DNA of 54,027 nt. It comes from an uncultured Candidatus Saccharibacteria bacterium. Its GTDB lineage: Bacteria > Patescibacteriota > Saccharimonadia > Saccharimonadales > Saccharimonadaceae. A program made the translations under genes and the position numbers. The notes under the pieces were generated by a model. The model ran no database searches. It was given only the letters and a program-made list of their open reading frames with translations, and was not told where the DNA came from. Positions 9,748 to 18,310 of this stretch are shown here, piece after piece; position 1 is the first letter of the stretch; each line of letters starts with the position of its first letter. Where the stretch lies: NCBI GenBank assembly GCA_964471175.1, contig CAYYEY010000001.1, positions 1 to 54,027 of the forward strand, read 5' to 3'.

Positions 9748-10170
9748 TTACATCCCAAAGATGAAGTTCATCCATTGTTCAAAATTGGTAGGCTCTTCTA
9801 CTTTTTCCTCTACAACAGTAATTTCGTGTTTGTATTTTGCAAGATCAGAATTTTCTGGCAGATAGACTAATGATTCACCTTCGTCAATTTTATTGCGCAG
9901 ATCCCTTGCGGCAAGTTCTTGATATTCCTCAGAGGCGTAATATTTATTCTCAAGCTCTAGTTCTTCAATTTCTAGTTCTATCAGTGCAAGCTCGTTTTTC
10001 TTGGCGTCTAGGCGTTGTTCTAGTTCCCAATTTCTGCTCATAGCGGAAATTGCCCCCCAAGTCCAGATTAAGCAGAGTCCAGCTCCAACTAGAAAAATAA
10101 CGTGATCTCCAGCGAACCACTGTTTAATACGATAGCCAAGGCGACGAAATCTAGTCTTAATGCGTTCCAT
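9748..10170 (-). CDS. FtsB/DivIC-like septum formation initiator family protein
   Basis: TM helix followed by a coiled coil (ELEQRLDAKKNELALIELEIEELELENKYY), then EYQELAARDLRNKIDEGESLVYL. Start at MERIK (10170), with TGCTATAAT upstream. Confidence 0.7.
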   Translation of the reverse strand: MERIKTRFRRLGYRIKQWFAGDHVIFLVGAGLCLIWTWGAISAMSRNWELEQRLDAKKNELALIELEIEELELENKYYASEEYQELAARDLRNKIDEGESLVYLPENSDLAKYKHEITVVEEKVEEPTNFEQWMNFIFGM

Positions 10171-10265
10171 TTGTGCTTTCTTATTATAGCATTTTATGTT
10201 AAAATAAGTCCAGCCTAGTGGGTTAGGTGTAAAAAAATAATAATCTGAAAAGGTGGGAACCGAAA

Positions 10266-10341
10266 GGGGGCGTAGCTCAGGGGTTAGAGCAGGCGGCTCA
10301 TAACCGCTTGGTCGTTGGTTCGAACCCAACCGCCCCCACCA
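10266..10341 (+). tRNA. tRNA with CAU anticodon, most likely tRNA-Ile2 (lysidine type)
   Basis: GGGGGCG/CGCCCCC acceptor stem, GCTC..GAGC D-arm, GGCGG CTCATAA CCGCT anticodon arm, GTTGG TTCGAAC CCAAC T-arm and encoded CCA. The body resembles known Ile2 tRNAs. Confidence 0.9.
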
Positions 10342-10348
10342 GATAAGA

Positions 10349-11056
10349 ATGAATATGGGTGGTTTGAAAAAGTATCAGATTCGACAGTCGCTAAAATCAC
10401 TTAGACAGGTTAAGACTTGGCAGTTATTTTTGATTCTAATACTGCTTCTTTTTATCTATGCAACTTTGCTTAGATTTGACCACATCAAAATGACAGATTT
10501 AAAAGCGGCCGTTACTGCGGCAGACGAGTCTGGAAGCGATGAAGAAATTGCGGAAAAGTTAAAGGAGCTGAAGGATTTTACTTTTTCCCATACTGTAATC
10601 AATGTAATTGAAAGAAACGGAACTTCTGTAGTAACCTTTGGCACTGGTCCAATTTATTTAGAGCATCAATACGAACGCAAGGCTGGTGAAGCGCTAGAAA
10701 GGGCGCAAAATGAAGCCGGCTCGGATACTAACCCCAATGGTAATGTTTTTGCAAAGGCGATGGATGTGTGCAAGCCACTGGCAATCCAAAATGGATGGGC
10801 TTGGAATAGTCAGGGGTATTTAGATTGTATGACTGGAGAAATTGCCAAATATCCAACTACAGAAAGGATCGAGGATACTTTTGCAGCAACTTTACCTTCT
10901 ACCGCGCTGTTTCGCTACGATTTCGCATCACCAATTTGGACATTGACTCTTTCGGGTGTGGTAGCCATCTTATGTTTGATACTAATTGCAATTATCGTTA
11001 TAAGATTTACCATCTGGTGCGTCCTTAAAATTGCCTTAATTTTTATAAAAAAGTAG
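10349..11056 (+). CDS. Hypothetical two-pass membrane protein
   Basis: 235 aa with N- and C-terminal TM helices around an extracytoplasmic loop carrying a Cys pair. The start could alternatively be 10355. Confidence 0.8.
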   Translation: MNMGGLKKYQIRQSLKSLRQVKTWQLFLILILLLFIYATLLRFDHIKMTDLKAAVTAADESGSDEEIAEKLKELKDFTFSHTVINVIERNGTSVVTFGTGPIYLEHQYERKAGEALERAQNEAGSDTNPNGNVFAKAMDVCKPLAIQNGWAWNSQGYLDCMTGEIAKYPTTERIEDTFAATLPSTALFRYDFASPIWTLTLSGVVAILCLILIAIIVIRFTIWCVLKIALIFIKK

Positions 11057-11066
11057 CAAAAACCCC

Positions 11067-11095
11067 TTGACATCTTGCTTCCCTAGTCATAAGAT
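11067..11095 (+). promoter_or_regulatory. Sigma70 promoter of the small protein gene
   Basis: TTGACA (11067-11072), 17 nt, TAAGAT (11090-11095); SD AAGGAGG at 11113-11119. Confidence 0.7.
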
Positions 11096-11123
11096 AAGAA
11101 TATATATCAATTAAGGAGGAATT

Positions 11124-11327
11124 ATGGCCTACCAACATACTAATAGCAAAGGTGTTACTTATTACCTACGTCAGTCTGAAGTCACTCTTCGTGGCGGCAA
11201 AAAGCAAACTATTTACTTCTTCACTAAGACTGCAGAAGGTGGCAAGGGTACCCCTATTGATCTTCCAGCAGATCGTGTCGTCAATGAGAACCCACGCAAT
11301 GGTTTCTTGACTCTCAAGAAGAAATAA
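11124..11327 (+). CDS. Small basic hypothetical protein (67 aa)
   Basis: Has its own promoter, a strong SD and a terminator; sequence MAYQHTNSKGVTYYL...QTIYFF...ENPRNGFLTLKKK. Confidence 0.85.
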   Translation: MAYQHTNSKGVTYYLRQSEVTLRGGKKQTIYFFTKTAEGGKGTPIDLPADRVVNENPRNGFLTLKKK

Positions 11328-11360
11328 TCTTGGTAGAACCTAAACTCAAATCTACAACTT

Positions 11361-11395
11361 ACTCCCTTAAGGTTTAACCTTAGGGGAGTTTTGAT
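11361..11395 (+). terminator. Rho-independent terminator
   Basis: ACTCCCTTAAGG-TTTAA-CCTTAGGGGAGT stem-loop followed by a T-rich tract. Confidence 0.8.
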
Positions 11396-11481
11396 TTTTA
11401 GTGAGTCTTAGGCCGCTTTGGAGGAACTTTAGTAGCCTTTATGATTTGGTCATAAGATAGTTTTTTGGTATAATATAGATT

Positions 11482-12813
11482 ATGCAGATCTATATTTCTG
11501 GTATTTCTGGGACTGGGCTTGGGCCACTAGCTTTGATGGCACGCGACGCTGGAATTGCTGTCTGTGGTTCGGATTTAAGTGAAGGGGCGATCACTAGCGA
11601 ATTATTTAGAAAAGAAATTGAAATGGAGATTGGGCCAGAGGCACAAAATGGCGATTTCTTGAGAAAACAATTTGAGTCGGGTAAGGTAGATTGGTTTGTT
11701 TATACTTCCGCTTTGCCAGATGATCATCCAGAACTTGTCTTGGCGCGTGAACTTGGAATCCGAATTTCTAAACGTGATGAATTAATTGCATATTTAGTAG
11801 ACAAACTTGGGCTAAAAATGGTAGCAGTGGCCGGTACTCACGGCAAAACTACCACGACAGCAATGATCACTTGGACAGCTCTTAATCTAGGTTTGCCAGT
11901 GTCATATTTAGTTGGTACTACACTTCCCTTTGCGGAAGCTGGAACGTATGATTCTAAGTCATCATTTCTAATCTACGAAGCAGATGAATATGATAAGAAT
12001 TTTTTGCATTTTTCTCCGTGGCTCTCGGTAATTACCACGGTATCTTATGATCATCCTGATATTTATCCAACTAAACTTGATTATTTGAGAGCATTTTCTC
12101 AGTTTGAAAGTCAAAGTGAAAACGTAATTCGCGGTCGCGAATTAGAAGGTAAGGCGGTCAAACAAAATGCCGAAACCATTGATCTTGCTTCTAAATTTTC
12201 TCTTGCTGGTAAAGCCAGAAGGTACGATGCAAGCCTTGCGATGCAGGCGGTTTTTGAGATGGCGGAGGAAGTCGATTTTGAGTTTGCGGGTGAGAATTTA
12301 ATCAATGGCAATAAATCTTATGCCGGGAGAAAGATTGACGCAGATTTGATCATTGAGATCCTGAATGATTTTCCGGGAGTAGGCAGACGTTTTGAACGTA
12401 TAGCTGACTTAGTTTATTCTGATTACGGACATCATCCAGAGGAAATAGCGGCAACTATTCAGATGGCCCGCGAGGAAGCTAAACGCCTAGGTCTAACTAA
12501 GGTCGCCGTCGTTTACGAACCGCATCAGAATGTGCGCCAGCATGAAATAAAAGATGATTACAAGGATGCTTTTTCTGGTGCAGATAAATTATTTTGGCTA
12601 CCTACTTTCTTAGTGCGTGAGGATCCTAACCTTGAAATAATTGCTCCAGAGGATTTTATCAAAGGGCTTTCTAACAGTGAGATTGGTGAAGCGGCAGAGA
12701 TGGGAGATAAATTAGCAAAGAAATTAAAACAATTAAGAAGTGATGGATATTTGATTTTATTAATGACCGCTGGTCCAGCCGACTCGTGGTTTAGAAAGGT
12801 TTTCAATGAGTAA
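11482..12813 (+). CDS. murC: UDP-N-acetylmuramate--L-alanine ligase (MurC/Mpl family)
   Basis: Motifs GISGTGLG, GSD, GTHGKTTT, EADEYD, DHPD, GRRFE and DYGHHPEE. Confidence 0.85.
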   Translation: MQIYISGISGTGLGPLALMARDAGIAVCGSDLSEGAITSELFRKEIEMEIGPEAQNGDFLRKQFESGKVDWFVYTSALPDDHPELVLARELGIRISKRDELIAYLVDKLGLKMVAVAGTHGKTTTTAMITWTALNLGLPVSYLVGTTLPFAEAGTYDSKSSFLIYEADEYDKNFLHFSPWLSVITTVSYDHPDIYPTKLDYLRAFSQFESQSENVIRGRELEGKAVKQNAETIDLASKFSLAGKARRYDASLAMQAVFEMAEEVDFEFAGENLINGNKSYAGRKIDADLIIEILNDFPGVGRRFERIADLVYSDYGHHPEEIAATIQMAREEAKRLGLTKVAVVYEPHQNVRQHEIKDDYKDAFSGADKLFWLPTFLVREDPNLEIIAPEDFIKGLSNSEIGEAAEMGDKLAKKLKQLRSDGYLILLMTAGPADSWFRKVFNE

Positions 12814-13366
12814 AGATGTAAGTATGTCTAGGATTTTTAAGTTTGCTGGCGTTGGGATACTGGCAGCGGCTTTTGATTACTTGGTTTACGAAATAACTGT
12901 AATGCTAATATTCCAAGGAAATGCTGATATGGCTTGGGCTTCAGCAATGATTTCCGGCGTTCTTTCAACTTTCTTTGCTTATTTTATGCACAGCAAAATT
13001 ACCTGGAAGGAGCGTGACCCCGGAAAATTTGGGATTGTAAAATTCTTTATCTGGAACTTTTTTGTAGTACTAGCACTCAGGCCAATGCTGACCGGCTTCT
13101 TTGGACTATTTACTGGCTTCCATCAGTTTGTATTTGTGGTGGTGGGCTGGATTCCACTATTTTCTTCTTTTGATTTTGTTCAAACAACTACTATTTACAT
13201 ATTAATGACGTTGGTGACAATGACACTTAACTTTATCTTTTATGAAAAGATTGTCTTTGGCACCCGTAATAAAAAGGACGGGGAGAATGTAGATATGGAG
13301 AGCGTTAGGAAGTCCGGAAAAGAACAAAAGGCTAAAGGCAAAGCTGACAACAGTGGCAATAAGTAG
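12806..13366 (+). CDS. GtrA-family Und-P-sugar flippase-like protein
   Basis: FKFAGVGILAAAFDY N-terminus, about four TM helices, and NFIFYEKIVF at the end of the domain. Confidence 0.75.
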   Translation: MSKDVSMSRIFKFAGVGILAAAFDYLVYEITVMLIFQGNADMAWASAMISGVLSTFFAYFMHSKITWKERDPGKFGIVKFFIWNFFVVLALRPMLTGFFGLFTGFHQFVFVVVGWIPLFSSFDFVQTTTIYILMTLVTMTLNFIFYEKIVFGTRNKKDGENVDMESVRKSGKEQKAKGKADNSGNK

Positions 13367-14653
13367 TGGATTTTTTGGAGTTTTCCTCACGGCATAAATT
13401 GCAATAAGTATAATTATCGTAACACCGATAACTCCAACTTCTAAGAGCAAACTTAGGTATTCGTTTTGGACGATTTCTTTGGCGCCGGTACTCTCTGGGT
13501 AGGTTTTATTCATAGCAATTCCGGCTGAACCTAATCCGGTACCGATTAGTAAGTACCTAGGGTTAGATCTCCACGTATCAATAGCAAGGGAATTGAACCC
13601 GAGGCGAATATTAGTAGATTCTGGAACATAGCCAGAGAAAGTGGACGTTTCTGAATCAGCGTCCTTTGCTTCGGCTGCTGCTTCTGAGCTAGTAGTATTT
13701 TCTGTTAATTCGATTATTTCGGCTGGTCTAAAATCAAGTTTACCAAGACTGAGTTGATGAATAGCTTTAGTGACGCCAGAATAAAAAGTATCGTTAGTTG
13801 GACTGACTTGAGCAAATATCCCCTCTGACACAAGTGAGAGACTAAGAGCAACAAGAACAATCACTACTGAAAATACAGCTTGTTTTAGCTTAGCTTTAAT
13901 TAGAGAATAGTGCTTGATACTGCAGACAATAAACAGCGTGGCAAGACCGATAACAAAAGCATAGATTGCGCCTCGTGAGAGTGTCAAGAACAGAGTTGTA
14001 GTTAGAAAAACAGTAAGCAAACTCAGAATAATCTTTTGTTTCTGACTCTTGTAAGCGTGCTTGTATATTAAGTAGAAGCTAAGAAGGGTAGGCACAAGTA
14101 AGAGATTTCCCATAAACTGTGGCTCGATTGCAAATCCGTTTGGATGAGGAAAGCCAAAAGCAGTATAAGTGCAGCCTTTGCAAAGCAAAGTATACTCTCT
14201 GCCAACGCCAAATAGATCTAAAATACATTGCAAAATACAGATAGCGGAAATAAAATATGCGGAGATAAGTAAGATTTTAAGTAGCTCCATTCTTAAGTTT
14301 TTCTTTTCTTTAATTAGCATGATAATGCCGAGGACAGTGAAAAGCAAAAGCCATAGAATCCCGGAAGTAAGAATGGCACGAATATGGTTGTCCGACCAAA
14401 TAGCGGAAAGGGAGAAATAAACTGGAATAATACTGCTGATTAACAATTTTTTAGCCCCATAAAATTTTATTATTGATTTTGCTTTCGGTAAAAGTGAGAA
14501 TAGAAATAATACTAACCAAATCTCTGGAAGGGATAAGTCGAAGTTCATATAGTTGTTACTGCCTAAGGAGATTACTGGATGATATGAAAAAAATAATATA
14601 GCAGGAAGGAAATACAAGAGAATAGTTGGTAGTTTATTTAGGAACTTTTTCAT
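13202..14653 (-). CDS. O-antigen ligase / Wzy_C-family membrane protein
   Basis: Polytopic; motifs HPNGFAIEPQFMGN, LTLSRGA, LIGTGLGS and VQNEYLSLLLEVGVIG. Start set at MKKFL (14653). Confidence 0.8.
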   Translation of the reverse strand: MKKFLNKLPTILLYFLPAILFFSYHPVISLGSNNYMNFDLSLPEIWLVLFLFSLLPKAKSIIKFYGAKKLLISSIIPVYFSLSAIWSDNHIRAILTSGILWLLLFTVLGIIMLIKEKKNLRMELLKILLISAYFISAICILQCILDLFGVGREYTLLCKGCTYTAFGFPHPNGFAIEPQFMGNLLLVPTLLSFYLIYKHAYKSQKQKIILSLLTVFLTTTLFLTLSRGAIYAFVIGLATLFIVCSIKHYSLIKAKLKQAVFSVVIVLVALSLSLVSEGIFAQVSPTNDTFYSGVTKAIHQLSLGKLDFRPAEIIELTENTTSSEAAAEAKDADSETSTFSGYVPESTNIRLGFNSLAIDTWRSNPRYLLIGTGLGSAGIAMNKTYPESTGAKEIVQNEYLSLLLEVGVIGVTIIILIAIYAVRKTPKNPLLIATVVSFAFSLLFFSGLPNALHIYILPVLFITGAKDNLFIKDKVKCHCHQRH

Positions 14654-15776
14654 GAATCTCCTTGGCCATTTTCTCTTTAAAGACGGCTTTATCAAAAGTC
14701 TTGGTGGAGGCGATAATCTTTTCTTTTGAATACTTCTCTGGGCGAAAGTTTTCAATAGTAGTAGCTAGAGAATCTACAGTCTGTTTTTTGAAAAATGCGC
14801 CATTTATACCTTCTTTGATATAATCGAGTGCGCCCCCTTCGCCATAAGCAATAACCGGAAGGCCCGTGGCCATAGCTTCAATTGGGGCAATGCCAAAAGG
14901 TTCTAGACTTGGGAAAAGGTATGCATCAGAAGCCAATAAATGTTTCTTTAATTCATCCTGGGACATTTGTGGTAAAAATTTAATCAAAGGCGAGCCTGCA
15001 GCAAGTTTGACCAATTTTTTATGTTCTGGACCATCACCAATAACTGTAAGGCATTGATCTGTTTTTTTACAAGCTTCAACACAAAGATCAAGACGTTTCC
15101 AGTTGACTTGCCTAGAAGTTGTGATGTAATTATATTGATTTTTTGCTTGACTTTTGTTTTGATTTATTATCTTAGTTGTGGACAAGTCTGTGGAAAACTT
15201 TTTGAGATCAACCGGAGGATAGATAATTTTTGATTCCCTCTTGTAGAATCTTTTGATTTGCTTGGCTGCATGCTGAGAGATGGCAATAAATTCATCTGGG
15301 CGTTGAGCGGCATTGTAATCATTCCTTCTAAGAGGTTTAATTAAAATTTTTAGAGCCAACCTAGCAAGTGGGTTTAAAATACCAAAACCGGGATTTTCTA
15401 AATATTCGTCATACATTTGCCAGTAATACTGAGTTGGAACATGACAATAGCAGAGATGGATTGCGTGATGTTTTTCTGAGTCAGTTTTGACAAATTTTGC
15501 CTCGGCGCCGGTAACAGAAATCACTAAATCGTAATCGGACAAATCAAGATGAGAGAAATAACGCTGTCTCAGAGGACTAAGAAAACGGCGCAGACAAGTT
15601 GGGAACAGTTGCAACCAGCCAGTGCGAACGTCAGCATCATTAAACCAATTAATTCCCTTCTGATCATACTTTGAGGTGTAAATGGGGGCGTCTTTGTACA
15701 TTTCGTGTAGCGCTAAAAGCACGCTCTCAGCACCGCCAACGGTAGTGAGCCAATCGCAAACAAGTGCGACTTTCAT
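14634..15776 (-). CDS. GT4 glycosyltransferase (WbaZ-like)
   Basis: MKVALVCDWLTTVGGAE, YCHVP, and EPFGIAPIEAMATG (EX7E motif). Confidence 0.9.
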   Translation of the reverse strand: MKVALVCDWLTTVGGAESVLLALHEMYKDAPIYTSKYDQKGINWFNDADVRTGWLQLFPTCLRRFLSPLRQRYFSHLDLSDYDLVISVTGAEAKFVKTDSEKHHAIHLCYCHVPTQYYWQMYDEYLENPGFGILNPLARLALKILIKPLRRNDYNAAQRPDEFIAISQHAAKQIKRFYKRESKIIYPPVDLKKFSTDLSTTKIINQNKSQAKNQYNYITTSRQVNWKRLDLCVEACKKTDQCLTVIGDGPEHKKLVKLAAGSPLIKFLPQMSQDELKKHLLASDAYLFPSLEPFGIAPIEAMATGLPVIAYGEGGALDYIKEGINGAFFKKQTVDSLATTIENFRPEKYSKEKIIASTKTFDKAVFKEKMAKEIHEKVPK

Positions 15777-17201
15777 CTATTTAGCGCCTTTCCTAGTAAA
15801 CACTGCGCCAATGGTACGAAGCATGATACTAAAATCTAGTTTAAGTGACCAGTTTTGGATGTAATACAAATCTAGTGCGCGACGTTCCTCAAAAGAAATG
15901 TCACGACGACCGGAAACTTGCGCCAAGCCAGTGAGCCCAGATTTAACAGATAAAAGTAACGAGCGATCGCCATAATCGCGTAGTTCACCTGGCACAAGAG
16001 CACGTGGGCCGACTAAGGAAATATCACCCTTAATAACATTGAATAGTTGGGGAAGCTCATCCAAGGATGTTGCTCTCAAAATTCTACCCACTTTGGTAAT
16101 GCGAGGATCGTTTGGCAAGTAATCGCCATTTTCTCGATATTTTGTAATTAACTCTGGCTTACCCATTTTAGTAAAGGCCTGTTCTGGAGAAAGTCCAGAA
16201 TATTGTGGTTTCATAGAGCGGAATTTATAAATTTTGACCTTGTGATTATAACGCGACAGACGATATTCGCTGTAAAAAATTGGCGAGTGAATGTCGGATA
16301 ATTTAACAATAAACCAAATGATAATCATGGGGATAAGTGCGATAATAAAAGCAATAGAGCCAAAAATGATATCAACAGCACGTTTAATTAATCTGGCACC
16401 ACCAATTAGCGGCGTGATCCTGACGGAAATTGCAGGAGTATCACCAATCAGTTCCAAATCACCAACGTGTGAGGAGAGAGTAGCCTCAGATGGAACAAAA
16501 TAATAGAGCGCATGACATTTAATAGCCTGATTATAGACGTAGTCTGTTTGAGATTCATCAGTTTGGAAAATGACATCAACGCTTATCCATTTTAGGGCTT
16601 CTTTTAAAGATTTAAATCTTTTGCCTTGAAATTCAACAGGAATAAATTTTTTATTAGCAACTACTGCGGAAAGTGAATAACCATCCTCTGGGAAACTTGC
16701 AAAATGTTCTAAGAGGTGCGTAGTGCTGGCACTATTACCAATGACGAGCGCACGTAAAGTACCGTGATTTTTGCGAACGAAATAGGTCCTGACCAAATGT
16801 ATAATTCCACGAACAATAATAAGCATGATAAAGCAAAGCACTGCGGAATAAATCGCTACTAGACGAGTTGGAAAAATGTTTTTTTCGGAAAAGAAATCAT
16901 AGGTGATCAAAGTCATAGTGCCAAGAATTGCACCGGCAAACAGCCTAGCAAGTTCTGGTGAGCGAGAGCGGTTCATAATGATTGATTTTTTGTAGACTCC
17001 CAAAATAGCTAAAATAATAACCCAGGCTGGAATTGAGAAAAGAATAATTGAGACAAATGTCCCAGGGTCAGCTTCAAAGAAATAAGGACGTTGGTCGATA
17101 TGAATGCGAAAAAGATAAGCAAAAAGAAAGGCTAAAAGAATAGCGATAATATCGCCAAAAATTAGCGCAATCCTGAATATCAGACCGGGGTCCTTTTTCA
17201 T
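15777..17201 (-). CDS. Priming polyprenyl-phosphate glycosylphosphotransferase (WbaP/WcaJ/CpsE family)
   Basis: N-terminal TM helices; motifs KRAVDI, KFRSM, DPRIT, SLDELPQLFNV, SLVGPR and GLTGLAQVSGR. Confidence 0.92.
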   Translation of the reverse strand: MKKDPGLIFRIALIFGDIIAILLAFLFAYLFRIHIDQRPYFFEADPGTFVSIILFSIPAWVIILAILGVYKKSIIMNRSRSPELARLFAGAILGTMTLITYDFFSEKNIFPTRLVAIYSAVLCFIMLIIVRGIIHLVRTYFVRKNHGTLRALVIGNSASTTHLLEHFASFPEDGYSLSAVVANKKFIPVEFQGKRFKSLKEALKWISVDVIFQTDESQTDYVYNQAIKCHALYYFVPSEATLSSHVGDLELIGDTPAISVRITPLIGGARLIKRAVDIIFGSIAFIIALIPMIIIWFIVKLSDIHSPIFYSEYRLSRYNHKVKIYKFRSMKPQYSGLSPEQAFTKMGKPELITKYRENGDYLPNDPRITKVGRILRATSLDELPQLFNVIKGDISLVGPRALVPGELRDYGDRSLLLSVKSGLTGLAQVSGRRDISFEERRALDLYYIQNWSLKLDFSIMLRTIGAVFTRKGAK

Positions 17202-17307
17202 ATATATATTATACCATGGCTATACCAGTTAGAAAAATACTTATGCATTGTTTGGGTAGGCAAAATATTAAACAGAGTTTGGTGGTATAATAGAAAAAAG
17301 GAATATT

Positions 17308-18309
17308 ATGAAAATATTAGTAACTGGTGGAACTGGATATATTGGATCGCATACAGTAGTTGAGTTAATCAAAGCTGGGCATGAGGTAGAAATATTAGAT
17401 AATCTATGCAATAGTAAAGAAACTGTACTCGATGCGATTACTGAATTAACTAGCGTAAAACCTCGATTTTATCATGTAGATTTGCTTAACAAAAAGGCTG
17501 TTTTTGAAGTATTTGAGAATGGAAAATTTGACGTTGTAATACATTTTGCTGGGTTAAAGGCGGTGGCAGAAAGCGTAGAGGAGCCGCTAAAATATTACAA
17601 TAATAATATAATTGGTACTTTGAGCTTATTAGAAGCGATGCAAAAATACCAGGTAAAAAAGATCGTATTTTCCTCTTCGGCAACTGTTTACGGTGATCCT
17701 GGCGTAAATGCTTATACGGAGAATCTGCCAACTGGGCAAAATATCGCCAGTCCATATGGCAAAACAAAGTACATGATAGAGGAGATATTAAAAGATGTCG
17801 CCCAGTCTGATTCTAATTTTGAGATAATGTTGCTTCGATATTTTAATCCGATTGGCGCACACCAATCTGGAAAATTAGGTGAAGACCCACTGGGTCGGCC
17901 AAATAATCTGATGCCGATTATAATGAAGGTGGCGCGCGGAGAATACCCAGAATTATCTATCTATGGGAATGATTATAACACTCCAGACGGGACTTGCGTG
18001 CGCGATTATATCCATGTGGTAGATTTAGCACGTGGGCATCTAGCTGCTTTAAATCATTTAGAGGGTGGTGTACAAATTTATAATTTGGGTTCTGGCAAAG
18101 GTACAAGTGTTTTAGAGATGGTAGCCGCATTTGAAAAAGCAAGCGGGAGAAAAATACCATACAAAATCGCGCCAAGAAGGGTAGGGGATTTGCCAGTATT
18201 TTATGCGGTCGCAGATAAAGCCCATGATAAACTAGGCTGGAAAACTGAGCTCACGATTGATGATGCGATGAAAGATACTCTAAAATTTTTAGAAAATAAT
18301 TATTTTTAG
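17308..18309 (+). CDS. galE: UDP-glucose 4-epimerase
   Basis: Motifs GGTGYIGSHT, HFAGLKAVAES, FSSSATVYG, YGKTK, LRYFNPIGAH and PNNLMP. Confidence 0.95.
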   Translation: MKILVTGGTGYIGSHTVVELIKAGHEVEILDNLCNSKETVLDAITELTSVKPRFYHVDLLNKKAVFEVFENGKFDVVIHFAGLKAVAESVEEPLKYYNNNIIGTLSLLEAMQKYQVKKIVFSSSATVYGDPGVNAYTENLPTGQNIASPYGKTKYMIEEILKDVAQSDSNFEIMLLRYFNPIGAHQSGKLGEDPLGRPNNLMPIIMKVARGEYPELSIYGNDYNTPDGTCVRDYIHVVDLARGHLAALNHLEGGVQIYNLGSGKGTSVLEMVAAFEKASGRKIPYKIAPRRVGDLPVFYAVADKAHDKLGWKTELTIDDAMKDTLKFLENNYF

Positions 18310-18310
18310 T

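Noticed and set aside
10171-10329. 5' extension of ORF 9748..10329 (MGSNQRPSGYEPPALTPELRP...)
   Set aside because: It is the antisense reading of the tRNA gene. The real start is ATG 10170, which has its own -10 element.
1-10341. Region bounded by two CAU tRNAs as a possible integrated island
   Set aside because: There is no integrase and no duplicated tRNA 3' end in view. The two tRNAs are different isotypes on opposite strands, and the cargo looks like core pilus and division genes.
14654-14755. N-terminal extension of the ligase ORF
   Set aside because: It overlaps the GT4 gene by more than 100 nt. ATG 14653 gives a normal coupled start just before the first TM helix.
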